Shown: one piece after another, positions 1-10,273 of the stretch
Numbering within the stretch: the stretch's first letter is position 1
Layout of the letters: each line of letters starts with the position of its first letter
Assembly (NCBI GenBank): GCA_050916035.1
Contig: CP050876.1
Coordinates: 1,120,635-1,184,634 of the forward strand
Source of the DNA: Vampirovibrio sp.
GTDB taxonomy: Bacteria; Cyanobacteriota; Vampirovibrionia; Vampirovibrionales; JAJTHC01
Direction: 5' to 3'
DNA length: 64,000 bases
The notes under the pieces: generated by a model
Seen by the model: the letters and a program-made list of their open reading frames with translations, nothing else
Database searches by the model: none
Told to the model about the DNA's origin: nothing
Made by a program: the position numbers and the translations under genes

Positions 1-399
1 GAAACTCCAAACGCTTTTCCCCCAGCCAAGATCTCCTCAGGCTCTAAAGGCACAGGCTCCGCAACAGGGGCAATAGGCCCGAGCACGGGTACCGCCGCCC
101 CCAGTACAGGGGGTAAGCTCATTGAATCAGGGATCGCGTCTTGGTATGGACCTGGTTTTCATGGAAGAACCACCGCCAGTGGCAAAAAATTTGATCAAAA
201 TGCTATGACCGTTGCGCACAAAAGTCTACCCTTTGGGACAAAATTAAGAGTCGAAAGCAACGGAAAATCCGTCATTGTAACGGTCAATGACCGAGGCCCT
301 TTTGTGAAAGGCCGTGTGATTGATCTGTCCAAAGCGGCCGCTCGACAACTGGGCATAGATAAAAGTGGTACGGCTCAAGTAAAAATTTACAAAGCCTAA
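1..399 (+). CDS. rlpA: RlpA-like lipoprotein (double-psi beta-barrel domain), 5' partial at window edge
   Basis: Frame 1 is open from base 1. The C-terminal sequence SWYGPGFHGRTTASGKKFDQNAMTVAHKSLPFGTKLRVESNGKSVIVTVNDRGPF is a typical RlpA DPBB motif. Confidence 0.7.
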   Translation, partial: ETPNAFPPAKISSGSKGTGSATGAIGPSTGTAAPSTGGKLIESGIASWYGPGFHGRTTASGKKFDQNAMTVAHKSLPFGTKLRVESNGKSVIVTVNDRGPFVKGRVIDLSKAAARQLGIDKSGTAQVKIYKA

Positions 400-420
400 G
401 CGAAAAATGTAAGAAAAAAG

Positions 421-957
421 CTATGGAAGCCATGGTTCATAAATGGCTTCCCATTGTGGCGTATCCTTAAAGACACGCAAGGCAATAATCGTTAATTCAG
501 GACTCAGGTAGAAATAATGCCGCGTATAGGCAGGCACCACAATCCAGTCTCCTTGTCGCACCAAAAGTTCAAAGGGTTCCCCGTCTTGAGGGACAAAGCC
601 AAAAATACCCGTCCCGTACAGGACCACTCGCACTTCGTCATCCGTATGATGATGTTCCTGTCGAAAGGCCTTTAAAATCTCAGAAAGCTTCGGCGTTTGG
701 GGATTTAATCCAACAATATCTTCATAACGATAAGCAAAGCGCTGTTTTAACTCAGTCAAAGGCCCTTCCACCGCTTCTAAGGCTAAGTGTTGAAGGTCGG
801 GAGAGGATAGAAGCGAAGCCCCGTCTAAGTCGCTAAAGTATGCCATGGGCCATGTCCCTATATGAATACCCGCGCGCTGACAAGCCCCTTCAATGGCGGA
901 GGGATCTTCGGTCACGGGGCGACCCTTTGCATCCAGTAAGCGTACCATGCGTTTCAA
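421..957 (-). CDS. mtnD: acireductone dioxygenase (ARD, cupin; methionine salvage)
   Basis: 178 aa cupin with an HHH..D.EVR metal-binding region and the overall ARD pattern. A hairpin (TGGAAGCCAT..ATGGCTTCCA) lies at 424-452 between the convergent gene ends. Confidence 0.65.
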   Translation of the reverse strand: MKRMVRLLDAKGRPVTEDPSAIEGACQRAGIHIGTWPMAYFSDLDGASLLSSPDLQHLALEAVEGPLTELKQRFAYRYEDIVGLNPQTPKLSEILKAFRQEHHHTDDEVRVVLYGTGIFGFVPQDGEPFELLVRQGDWIVVPAYTRHYFYLSPELTIIALRVFKDTPQWEAIYEPWLP

Positions 958-961
958 CCTT

Positions 962-2791
962 CTACATTTGTTCAGGGGCGCTGACCCCTAAAAGTTCAAG
1001 CGCTTGAGCCAAGCTCATACGGATTAAATCCACCAAGGCCAAGCGTGCCAAAGCCTGCTGATCTTCCGCACACAACACACGACAAGCCGCATACAAGGAA
1101 TGAAAATCCCCTGAAAGGTCCAAGGCATAACGAGCAATTAAATGCGGCGAATGCACACGACCGGCATCTTCCACGCGTTCTGCAAAGGCAATGAGCAGCA
1201 ACAGACTTTCACGAACTTTGGCAAAGGCTTGTGTTTGTTCAGACAAAGGCGTGAGTAAGGTATCCACCCAAGCCGTGGCGCTCAAATTCTGCTTAAAGGC
1301 CTTAAATTGCTCCACGCTAAAGCGAGCAGGTAAGCGTTCGCCCGATTCCGTGTCCACAGTGGGTTCAAAGGCATGGCGAAGAATCCCACAGGCGCGCGCA
1401 TGGGCATATTGCGTGTAAAACACAGGGTTTTCATCACTGGCGGAAGTGGCCAAATCCACATCAAATTCAATGGTGCTGTCCGCGGATCGAGACACCAACC
1501 AAAACCGCGCGGCATCCACCCCGACTTCTTCAATCACATCTTCCAAAGTCAGCATGGTTTTTCGTTTGCCCATACGCGTTTTTTCACCGTCGACCACCAG
1601 ATTAACCAATTGTCCTAAAATAATATGCAGGGTCTTCGGATTATGCCCCAAGGCTTGCATGGCCGATTGAATCCGAGAGACATAACCGTGATGATCCGCC
1701 CCCCAAATGTTGACAATACTCGTAAAATCATCAGAGCGATTGAATTTATTGTCGTGATACGCCACATCCGCCGTGAGATACGTGTAAGACCCGTCACTTT
1801 TCACCAAGACACGGTCTTTATCATCTCCCATTTCGGTGGATTTAATCCACAAGGCGCCGTCTTCTTCATAGGTCACGCCCTTTGTTTTTAAGCGTTCCAA
1901 CGTTTGAAGCACCACGCCAGACTCATGCAAGCTACTTTCTAAGCACCAAATATCAAAATGCGTTCTAAAGCGTTTAAGCAAGTCTTTTTGAAGCGTCAAC
2001 ATGGCGTCACGACTCAAGGTTCGTAATTCGTTTAACAGTTCTAAACTCGGTAGATGCTCCAAACGTTTGGCCCCATGATGTTCAAACATATAGGTCAACG
2101 TTTGAACGTGTCCGTCATCTTCTAGATATTCAGCCGCCAAGTCTTTGACGTACTGCCCTGGGTAATAGGGAAATTTTTCACCTTCTACAGGACTCGGGAA
2201 AGGTGCCAAGCCCAAGTGCTCTAAACCTCTAAACCAAAGACTATTGGCCATATTCGTCATTTGTTGACCGTAATCATTAACCAAAAATTCCGTCACCACC
2301 ACGGCGCCATTATGTTGCCAAATACGGCGAAGACTATCCCCTAAAGCCGCCCAACGTCCGTGTCCTAGGTGCAAAGGCCCTGTCGGATTCGCAGAAACAA
2401 ATTCTAAATGGATGCGTTCCTGCTGCTTACTCAAGCTAGCTCCCGCCTGTTGATGCCCTTGCAAAACAGGCAACAAGGCCTGCGTCAACGTTTGCGTATG
2501 GGCTTTCACATTGACAAAACCACCCACCACACTAAAGTCATAGCCCGCGTGATTCGACAGGGTTTCCAGCACTTTTTGAGCCATTAAGGGAGGCGCTACT
2601 TTCGTATGCCGTGCCAAAAAAGACACATTCACGGCATAGTCCCCATGGTCCCGATGCTTGGGCTGTTCCATACGCAAGCCCTGTTGAAGGTGAGTGCGCC
2701 AGTCTTCTTGAGTCAAGGCTTGGCACGCCTCGAATTCGTTTTTCAAGGCAAGCAGGGTGTCTAAAAATAAATGATGTAGGTAGGCTTTCAT
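962..2791 (-). CDS. argS: arginine--tRNA ligase
   Basis: HIGH-class motif PTGPLHLGHGR and class I ArgRS architecture. The ORF track extends to 2851, but the likely start is MKAYLHH at 2791. Confidence 0.85.
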   Translation of the reverse strand: MKAYLHHLFLDTLLALKNEFEACQALTQEDWRTHLQQGLRMEQPKHRDHGDYAVNVSFLARHTKVAPPLMAQKVLETLSNHAGYDFSVVGGFVNVKAHTQTLTQALLPVLQGHQQAGASLSKQQERIHLEFVSANPTGPLHLGHGRWAALGDSLRRIWQHNGAVVVTEFLVNDYGQQMTNMANSLWFRGLEHLGLAPFPSPVEGEKFPYYPGQYVKDLAAEYLEDDGHVQTLTYMFEHHGAKRLEHLPSLELLNELRTLSRDAMLTLQKDLLKRFRTHFDIWCLESSLHESGVVLQTLERLKTKGVTYEEDGALWIKSTEMGDDKDRVLVKSDGSYTYLTADVAYHDNKFNRSDDFTSIVNIWGADHHGYVSRIQSAMQALGHNPKTLHIILGQLVNLVVDGEKTRMGKRKTMLTLEDVIEEVGVDAARFWLVSRSADSTIEFDVDLATSASDENPVFYTQYAHARACGILRHAFEPTVDTESGERLPARFSVEQFKAFKQNLSATAWVDTLLTPLSEQTQAFAKVRESLLLLIAFAERVEDAGRVHSPHLIARYALDLSGDFHSLYAACRVLCAEDQQALARLALVDLIRMSLAQALELLGVSAPEQM

Positions 2792-2944
2792 AACGAGTCT
2801 TATGTCCTTTAGCAATCGGTGAGGTGACGACAGACCCTCAATAGATCTCATTCAACCGATACACTTCTATTCACTTATTAAAGCACAAACCCCTGCCTTG
2901 GAAAACGCTTCCCTTAAATATTCCTTCACAAGAATCACCCACGC

Positions 2945-3853
2945 TTAACTTAGAAAGTTAAAAATACTTTTGGGTAAAATACGCCCCATCACACCCAAAC
3001 TGGCTTCATTGATTTGTTCTTGGAAACGTAAATTGGTAATCAATTGAGGCATATCCACGTCTTGTAATTGACTATAGAATTGGGAGGCCACATCCTGCTT
3101 AGACTGTGTTCGTTCTTGGGTTAAATTCAGTTGATTTAAAGTCGACCCGATATTGGCTTGCTGGTTCACCAAATTGTCGATATTCGTTTTAAGTAAATCC
3201 AATTGCGCGCGTGTGGTCGTCGTATCTCCCGCATCCAAGGCAGTTTTAAGATCAATCAACACCTTAAAGGCCCCTGAGGTCGTATCCCCTAAAAGCGTAT
3301 CGCCCGTCACATTAATGGTAATCGTACTTTGCTTGGCAATTTCAATAGTACGTTGAAACGGCTGGCTTTGAGGCGTCCCCGCATAGGTGACGACATCCCC
3401 CGTGCGGCTATAGGCTTGCGTCCCCGTTTTCGAGCCTGAAAAGAGGTAAATCCCACTTTGTTGACTATTGCCCAATTGCACCAGTTGATCCACCAAGGCG
3501 TTCACTTCTTTGGCAATAGATTTCATGCCCGCAGCCCCTGTGGTGACGTTAGACCCTTGCGTGGCGAGTTCAGACGCTCGCTGAAGCACACTAAGCATCT
3601 GCGTCATGGCGGTGTCCGTGGTAGAAAGTTCCGACACGCCTGTAGCAATATTTTTAAGATACTGATCGTCTTCATTCATACTGCGGGTGACGTCCATCAA
3701 TTGAATGAGCCCTAAGGGGTCATCACTCGGGCGCAGGATGTTTTTGCCGGTGGCGGCTTTTTCCTGTAATTGATTTAAGCGCACCTGGGACTGCTGAAAC
3801 CACTGCGTGCTTTGGGTGCCTTGCATGCCAGTGGCAATACGTCCAATACTCAT
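2945..3853 (-). CDS. flgL: flagellar hook-associated protein 3 (FlgL) / flagellin-family protein
   Basis: The N-terminus MSIGRIATGMQ..QLQEKAATGKNILRPSDDP matches the FlgL/flagellin TGKR..PSDDP signature. YLFSGSKT matches YIFAGYKT of FlgL, and the C-terminus is a flagellin-like helix. Start chosen at the internal Met (3853). Confidence 0.7.
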   Translation of the reverse strand: MSIGRIATGMQGTQSTQWFQQSQVRLNQLQEKAATGKNILRPSDDPLGLIQLMDVTRSMNEDDQYLKNIATGVSELSTTDTAMTQMLSVLQRASELATQGSNVTTGAAGMKSIAKEVNALVDQLVQLGNSQQSGIYLFSGSKTGTQAYSRTGDVVTYAGTPQSQPFQRTIEIAKQSTITINVTGDTLLGDTTSGAFKVLIDLKTALDAGDTTTTRAQLDLLKTNIDNLVNQQANIGSTLNQLNLTQERTQSKQDVASQFYSQLQDVDMPQLITNLRFQEQINEASLGVMGRILPKSIFNFLS

Positions 3854-5182
3854 GGGGGGCCTCTTTCTCTTCAATCGGGGGGAAGACTCTCCGTATAAGC
3901 ATGGCAAAGCGCAGGGGTTTATTCATCCACACAAGGGCGTATTTTTTAAAAGGCTCTACAATCGCTCCGTTTAGGAAGCCGCGTGGGTGAGCGTCGGATC
4001 TGGCGTCACGGAAGACCCCTTGTTTTGAATACCAACTTTAAAGACGGCGAATTTAAAAATTCAGCGTCTAATTTTATTTTTAATCGCCAGTCCCATTTGG
4101 ATGAATAAAAATGTTTGTATTATATGTTGTACTAAAGATGAGATTGCATAAATAATTGACGGCAAAGAATATGAGGGTAAAATACTGGATACAGTATTTA
4201 TAGATATATTTACAGGTATTATAAAGCTATTTTTAAGAGATAATTCAATGAGCATGATTAGATAGTTTACAAGAGTATATTTTGATAATTTATTGTATTC
4301 AAAAATAAAAAAATTGATCAGCATAAATAAAATAATACCTCCTAAAAAACAAAACAACGGTCGTTTAAAAGATAGTCCATAACTAGAAGTTATTCTATAT
4401 AGATGATGCCAAACTGTTTGATGTGTGGATTGCATTTGTTGAAAATAGAAATCGTTCGAAACTTGAGCCTGTCCCAACTCACTTGTAATTTTTTTTAGAT
4501 AGCTGTAAACTTCTGCTTTTGTGTCTTTGTCAGTTAGTTCTAAAGCTTTTAAAGTTAAACTGTTCAATGTTCTATAACCGTTTAGTATTGGCCAAGTGCA
4601 ATAAGCTAAATCTAAACCTTGAAACCAATTCCCATTTTTGATAGTTATTGATTTCATCTGAGACGAAGTTACATCTATACTATTCTTAGGCATCACACAA
4701 GACTCGAAAACAATTTGATCTTCTTCTTTGTTTTTTAAAGCCACAATTGTCAAACGTTTTACAGCTTCTGTAGAGATTAAAGATTTAAATAACAATTTAG
4801 GATAGTTCGCTTGTTCAAAATTAAGTATTGTTGAAAAACTTTCTTTTATAAAAATAGATTTAAAACTTACAGGATCAGCAGTATTTTTAAGTCTCATATT
4901 GTCTAACCCTAGCAAGCCTTCAAATATAGAATATTCAAATTTAAGGGGGAGCTCAAAATAAGTTTCATCCAGATCACACCACTGTTTAAAAATAGCCCTG
5001 TAAAAGTTTACTGTACCTAAAAATTCTGATGATTTAAAATAAACATTCCCCTTAAATACAGCATCGGAAAAATCTAAATTTTCAAAAAAAACGCAATTAT
5101 TTAAACTTGTATGGTTAGGTAGTGTCGACATATAAATAATGATATAATAAATCCAAGATCTAGTTGTTTTGAGGGATTTATT

Positions 5183-5539
5183 ATGAACGATTATATTCAA
5201 TACGAGTTGTCTAAAGCCCAATGGAATCAGATAAAAGAGGCTCTACCTGGTCAGTCGCATCATAGAGGACGCACTGCCGAAAACAACCGTCTTTTTGTAG
5301 AAGCGGTATTATGGATGGGGCGAAACGGGGGAAGATGGAGGTCGCTTCCCTATTATTACGGCAAGTGGAGCAGTGTTCACAAGCGCTTCATTCGTTGGGC
5401 GAAACAAGGCATTTGGCAAATGATTTTCAACACCCTTGCCACATCGGCAGATACCGAATGGCTTATGATTGATTCGACGATTATTCGCGCCCACCAGTGT
5501 TCAGCAGGGGCAAAAAAAGTGCCGGAAAACAAGCGTTAG
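5183..5539 (+). CDS. IS5-family transposase orfA (HTH part)
   Basis: 118 aa N-terminal DNA-binding part of a two-ORF IS427-like transposase. The frameshift site gggcaaaaaaagtg lies at about 5505-5518. Confidence 0.75.
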   Translation: MNDYIQYELSKAQWNQIKEALPGQSHHRGRTAENNRLFVEAVLWMGRNGGRWRSLPYYYGKWSSVHKRFIRWAKQGIWQMIFNTLATSADTEWLMIDSTIIRAHQCSAGAKKVPENKR

Positions 5540-5943
5540 GACGATCGTCAGGGGGCTATACGAGCAAGCTTCACGCCGTTTGTGACAGCCACGGCAACCC
5601 CGTTCGCTTTATCGTCACCGCAGGGCAGGTTTCCGACTCAACCCAAGCCATCCCTTTGTTAAAAGGGCTTGAAGCCACGGCGGTTTTGGCGGACAAGGGC
5701 TATGTTTCAGAACAAATATTTGAGGCGATTCACCTCATGGGGGCTGAAGTGGTCATCCCTAATAAAAGCAATGCGGTGGCTCCTCGTCAAGTCGATTACT
5801 TCCTTTACAAGGCTCGCCACTTGGTAGAAAACTTGTTTAAAGACCTTAAAAACTTCAGGCGAATGGCAACCCGTTACGATAAATTAGATGTGGCTTATTT
5901 GTCTTTTGTTCATCTTGCTTCTATTTGTTTATGGCTTAAGTAA
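5497..5943 (+). CDS. IS5-family transposase orfB (DDE catalytic part)
   Basis: 148 aa DDE_Tnp_1-like C-terminal part (ADKGY..). It overlaps orfA in a different frame, consistent with a programmed frameshift. Confidence 0.75.
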   Translation: MFSRGKKSAGKQALGRSSGGYTSKLHAVCDSHGNPVRFIVTAGQVSDSTQAIPLLKGLEATAVLADKGYVSEQIFEAIHLMGAEVVIPNKSNAVAPRQVDYFLYKARHLVENLFKDLKNFRRMATRYDKLDVAYLSFVHLASICLWLK

Positions 5944-6453
5944 ATGTCGACACTACCTAATAAAAGTGGTTTTGTTAAAATTTGCAGACCCTCTAAATTT
6001 AGACCCAATAAAATGTAAATTGTCTGCAATTGAATTTTTAATTTCTAGATTTTTATTGAATTGGCAGAGTATAAAACTTATACCTTCAGTAAAATTCGTA
6101 TTAGATAAATCTACATTCTCCGTAAAAATACTATTTGTGAAATCAAATCCAGTTTTACAACTGTGATGTTTAGGACTAATCCCTAAAATAAGAGGTGTTT
6201 TTGAAATCCATTCTTTAGATTGCATCGACACATTATAGCTATTTAGCTCAAAAATCACATAAGAGAAAGAAAAATCCAACGGTTTCTGTTCATTGTCTTC
6301 AGAGATTTGTTCGAGATGATTCTGTAAGATAAGCTCGAACGTAGCCTTATCAATAATCCTACGTCGAACACCATCTGGGCAGATAATAAATTCAGGTTGG
6401 TATAATTGCATTTTAAAGCTCCCTCGATCAAAAATAAATAAAAATACTCTCCA

Positions 6454-6669
6454 CTATCTGGCATGAAACTTTCCTGATTTTTGGAATTCTTTAATGAAGT
6501 GTTTCCCATCCAAGTAAGCTTTACACGTTTCGTACCACGAATTAATCTTTTCTTTTTCGGATTTTGCACGTTCATCTTCTGCCCGTTTCAACCAATTGTA
6601 TTTTTTGTTAGTAGACTCTTCAGTAAACAGATCAACAGGCTCTGGGGAAGGGTTGGTGTTTGTCGTCAA
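6454..6669 (-). CDS. small hypothetical protein (71 aa, Lys/Glu-rich)
   Basis: AT-rich ORF between the PLP enzyme and the pentapeptide gene. No recognisable domain. Confidence 0.3.
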   Translation of the reverse strand: MTTNTNPSPEPVDLFTEESTNKKYNWLKRAEDERAKSEKEKINSWYETCKAYLDGKHFIKEFQKSGKFHAR

Positions 6670-6687
6670 GTTTAAACCTTTCAGAAA

Positions 6688-7872
6688 CTAATGAGGGAAG
6701 ACGCTGACATTACCGCCACTAACCATACAAATCACCAGTCGTGTGGGGGACGGGGACCATTCGGCGTGATGCATGGCCATATAAAGCGGCGCGCCTGACG
6801 GGCCTTCCACACGGGCCCCCAAATGACGCAAGGTTTCCTTCATGCCCCAGGCCATTTGCTCGTCATTCATTTTGGTGTGGATCACATTTAAGGCGTCAAA
6901 AATGGATTGATTACCTGCCGCAGGGGTTTTGACACGCACGGCATCCCCATATTTGGTGGACATATTATGGAGCCGAAGACCCACAAACTTCAACGACACC
7001 GACTGAAAGCGCGCCTCCCACGCGGAGGCCATGGCCAAGGCCGTGGCTGTGCCAGCCAACAAGCCCCCTCCGCCAATTGGGGAAATCAGCACCACTTCCG
7101 TAATGGCGGGATTCTGAGCCAAAATAGGCGTCAACTGTCGAAATAATTCGAGTCCAATGGTCCCCTGACCTGACACCACCCATGGGTTACTGTAAGGGTC
7201 CAAATAATAGCGTTCCCCGCCCAAGCTTTGTTCAATGGCCCATGCACGGGCGTCGTCAAAGGTATCCCCAATGTAGAGGACACTGGCGTCTACCCCCCGA
7301 TGACGCACGGCTAAAACTTTGCTATTGATGTTTTTCAGCTTAAGCGCCGCGGTATTGTTGGGCACCACAATTTGAACCGACGCAGGGCGCAACAATTCCG
7401 CAGCTTTTAAAATCCCCATGGCGTGGTTGCCTGTAGACACCGCAATAAACTGAGTCGCCCCGTAAGACAACATCGCGCGACGCATCCCGCAGAAGGCGCC
7501 CCTCATTTTATAGGCTTTAATAATGGTTTGGTCTTCTCGCTTAAAATAAAGATTCGGCGTCAAGGGGCTGGCGTCTAAGGCGGTGACGGCATGCAGGGGC
7601 AGTGAAGTCCCTGTCGTTTTGGAGCGAAGACTCAGGCTTTTACGAAAGGGGTGCATCAAGCGCTCGGCTTCTAAAATGGAGGTATACAAGTGAAGCAAGG
7701 GAATATAATGTTCAACATCTAGGCCTTCAGGCACGCTAGGCAAACTTATCCGCCCGTTGGAAGCCAGTTGCGGAAAGGCTCCCCCATTAAGGGCTTCGCT
7801 AGGAAAAAGCTGCGCTTCAAAGGGTGACGGAGAGGCAGAGGGCCGTGTTTCCATAAACGATGGAATAGGCAT
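6688..7872 (-). CDS. PLP-dependent threonine/serine dehydratase-family enzyme (fold-type II)
   Basis: TPL..YFKREDQ..AYKMRGA with the Schiff-base Lys, and a GGGGL glycine loop. About 55-aa N-terminal extension. Confidence 0.6.
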   Translation of the reverse strand: MPIPSFMETRPSASPSPFEAQLFPSEALNGGAFPQLASNGRISLPSVPEGLDVEHYIPLLHLYTSILEAERLMHPFRKSLSLRSKTTGTSLPLHAVTALDASPLTPNLYFKREDQTIIKAYKMRGAFCGMRRAMLSYGATQFIAVSTGNHAMGILKAAELLRPASVQIVVPNNTAALKLKNINSKVLAVRHRGVDASVLYIGDTFDDARAWAIEQSLGGERYYLDPYSNPWVVSGQGTIGLELFRQLTPILAQNPAITEVVLISPIGGGGLLAGTATALAMASAWEARFQSVSLKFVGLRLHNMSTKYGDAVRVKTPAAGNQSIFDALNVIHTKMNDEQMAWGMKETLRHLGARVEGPSGAPLYMAMHHAEWSPSPTRLVICMVSGGNVSVFPH

Positions 7873-8078
7873 AAGGTGTGTGGAGTTCCTTCTAAAATTG
7901 AAAAGACATACAATGACGTCTCATACTCATTAGCATAAACGTATTTTCAATTAAAAACAATGCGTTTTAAAGGATTTGTTTCATTTATGCTAAATGATGG
8001 TGATGTTGTAAAAAGGTTTCAATTTCAAGGGATATTTTGATACAGGCATGGTATACTGATAAAAAGTTTCTTTAGGAT

Positions 8079-9200
8079 GTGAAACACAGAATGTCATTGA
8101 ACAAAAACCTACACAAAGCAAAAGACTCTAAAAAAGATGAGTTTTACACACAGCTTGCAGATATTGAACGAGAGTTAAAGCACTACAAGCACCATTTTAA
8201 AGACAAAGTCGTGTATTGTAATTGTGACGACCCGAGAGTCAGCAACTTTTTTCATTATTTTTCACACAATTTTGAGTCACTGGGTTTGAAAAAACTCATG
8301 GCGACCTGCTATAAAAGCCAGCAAGTGGATTTATTTAGCCAAAATGATGTGGAACAAGCGGTGTATTTAGAGTATACAGGTGATAAAAACGGTAACTTTA
8401 TACCCGATACGGAAGAGATAGACATTAAGCCCTTGAAGGATGACGGCGATTTTCGGAGTGAAGAAAGCATAGCCCTGCTAAAACAAGCCGATATTGTGGT
8501 CACCAACCCACCCTTTTCATTATTTCGGGAATATGTCGCCCAGTTGATTGAATATGACAAACAATTTGTTATTCTAGGAAATATGAATGCCATTACCTAT
8601 AAAGAAATTTTCAAACTTATAAAAGACGGTAAGCTCTGGTTTGGTGCAAGTATTAAAAGTGGGGATAGAGAATTTGGCGTCCCCCATGACTACCCACTTA
8701 ATGCAGCGAGCTGTAGAGTAGATGAAAATGGGAATAAGTTCATTCGAGTTAAAGGTGTACGTTGGTTTACAAATTTAGATTATAAAGAACGACACGAAGA
8801 CTTGATACTGTACAAAAAATACATCCCCGAAGACTACCCCAAGTATGATAATTACGATGCCATTAACGTAGACAAAACCAAAGATATACCAATGGATTAT
8901 GAGGGTGCTATGGGTGTGCCTATTACGTTCATAGATAAATATAACCCCGAGCAATTTGATATTATTGCTTTAGGCATTGTGGGATCTATAGATTTTACAA
9001 AAAATAAAAAAATGGAAATATTAAACAAAGACGGTCGTCCCACAGGAAAATTCACTTTTAACGCAAAAGGGACTTTGTATAAAATATATAATCCAATAAT
9101 AGACATAAAACCTCCTGCGTTCCAAGATTGTGAAACTGGACAATTGTATTCTAGTATTTATGCAAGAATTATCATAAAGAACAAAAAAACATGCAAATAG
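8079..9200 (+). CDS. adenine-specific DNA methyltransferase, EcoRI-methylase family
   Basis: N-terminal KNLHKAK..KDEFYTQ..VVYCNCDDPRVSNFF is typical of the EcoRI_methylase family. The NPPF catalytic motif is present (VVTNPPFS). Confidence 0.75.
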   Translation: MKHRMSLNKNLHKAKDSKKDEFYTQLADIERELKHYKHHFKDKVVYCNCDDPRVSNFFHYFSHNFESLGLKKLMATCYKSQQVDLFSQNDVEQAVYLEYTGDKNGNFIPDTEEIDIKPLKDDGDFRSEESIALLKQADIVVTNPPFSLFREYVAQLIEYDKQFVILGNMNAITYKEIFKLIKDGKLWFGASIKSGDREFGVPHDYPLNAASCRVDENGNKFIRVKGVRWFTNLDYKERHEDLILYKKYIPEDYPKYDNYDAINVDKTKDIPMDYEGAMGVPITFIDKYNPEQFDIIALGIVGSIDFTKNKKMEILNKDGRPTGKFTFNAKGTLYKIYNPIIDIKPPAFQDCETGQLYSSIYARIIIKNKKTCK

Positions 9201-10273
9201 AACTCAAAGCAATTACCGTTCGTGAATTGACCCAAGGCTACGCCGATAACGCCGAAGGCGGTGTGGTGGGGTATAATGGCTTGCTCGATATTCGCCCCCC
9301 TTATCAACGAGAATTTGTTTATAAAGACAAACAACGAGACGCGGTGATTGAAACCATTAACCAAGATTTTCCCTTAAACGTACTCTATTGGGCAGTGCGT
9401 GAAGACGGCAAATTTGAAGTCATTGACGGTCAACAACGCACCATTTCCATTGCTCAGTACGTGAATGGCGATTTTTCCTTAAATGGGCTGTCTTTTCACA
9501 ATTTACAAAAAGATCAACGAGAAAAAATACTGAACTACACACTCATGATTTATTGGTGTACAGGCACCGATAGTGAAAAACTAGCCTGGTTTAAAATCAT
9601 TAACATTGCGGGCGAAAAGCTCACCGAACAAGAACTTAGAAACGCCGTTTATTCGGGTTCTTGGGTAACGGATGCCAAACGCTATTTCAGTAAAAACGGT
9701 TGTGCCGCTTATAGTATTGGGGGGGCTTACTTAAACGGCAGTGCCATTCGGCAAGATTATTTTGAAACCGCCATCAAATGGATTAGCTCCGATAAAATAG
9801 AAGACTACATGTCAACACATCAACACGACCCCAACGCCAACGAACTATGGCTTTATTTTACAAGCGTAATGAATTGGGTAAAAGTGGTCTTTCCCACCTA
9901 TCGTAAAGAAATGAAGGGCATCGATTGGGGATTCCTTTATAACGAATTTAAAGCTCAAAACTTTGATTCAGCAAAACTAGAGCAAGACGTTTCCGAACTG
10001 ATGCAAGATGAAGATGTCACCAAGAAAAGCGGTATTTACAGTTACGTTTTAACCCGAAAAGAAAAGTATCTCAATATACGAGCCTTTAGCCCAAGTCAAA
10101 AACGAGAAGCCTTTGAACGGCAAAAAAGCGTTTGTGTGGTGTGCAAGCAAACATTCAAAATTGAAGACATGGAAGCGGACCACATTACCCCTTGGCATGA
10201 AGGCGGAAAGACGGATGCAAAAAACTGCCAAATGCTTTGCAAAGAAGACAACCGCCGAAAATCAGGGAAATAA
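9191..10273 (+). CDS. DUF262 (ParB-like nuclease, DGQQR motif) + C-terminal HNH endonuclease domain protein
   Basis: IDGQQRT motif of DUF262. The C-terminus CVVCKQ..EADHITPWHEGGKTDAKNCQMLCKEDN is an HNH motif. Its ATG overlaps the stop of the upstream methyltransferase (ATGCAAATAG). Confidence 0.7.
   Translation: MQIELKAITVRELTQGYADNAEGGVVGYNGLLDIRPPYQREFVYKDKQRDAVIETINQDFPLNVLYWAVREDGKFEVIDGQQRTISIAQYVNGDFSLNGLSFHNLQKDQREKILNYTLMIYWCTGTDSEKLAWFKIINIAGEKLTEQELRNAVYSGSWVTDAKRYFSKNGCAAYSIGGAYLNGSAIRQDYFETAIKWISSDKIEDYMSTHQHDPNANELWLYFTSVMNWVKVVFPTYRKEMKGIDWGFLYNEFKAQNFDSAKLEQDVSELMQDEDVTKKSGIYSYVLTRKEKYLNIRAFSPSQKREAFERQKSVCVVCKQTFKIEDMEADHITPWHEGGKTDAKNCQMLCKEDNRRKSGK

Larger units (their letters stand above)
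5115..5960 (+). mobile_element. IS5-family (IS427/IS1031-like) insertion sequence, copy 1, 846 bp, perfect 17-bp IRs TTAGGTAGTGTCGACAT
   Basis: Terminal inverted repeats at 5115-5131 and 5944-5960. It encodes orfA (5183-5539) and orfB (5497-5943) with an A7G slippery run at the overlap. It is identical to copy 2 apart from one synonymous SNP. Confidence 0.85.
4061..6411 (-). pseudogene. pentapeptide-repeat membrane protein split by IS insertion (N-half 5961-6411, C-half 4061-5131)
   Basis: Both halves carry pentapeptide A(D/N)LXX-type repeats, for example ENLDF SDAVF KGNVY FKSSE. The C-half ends in several TM helices. The IS right IR supplies a stop to the N-half and the left IR supplies the ATG of the C-half (atgtcgacactacct = MSTLP). 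The region is AT-rich. Confidence 0.6.

Noticed and set aside
1191-1891. Several 60-90 aa ORFs on both strands inside argS (1191-1418, 1282-1533, 1373-1618, 1446-1670, 1615-1797, 1625-1891)
   Set aside because: They are fully nested within a well-supported 610-aa ArgRS ORF. They have no motifs and are typical shadow ORFs.
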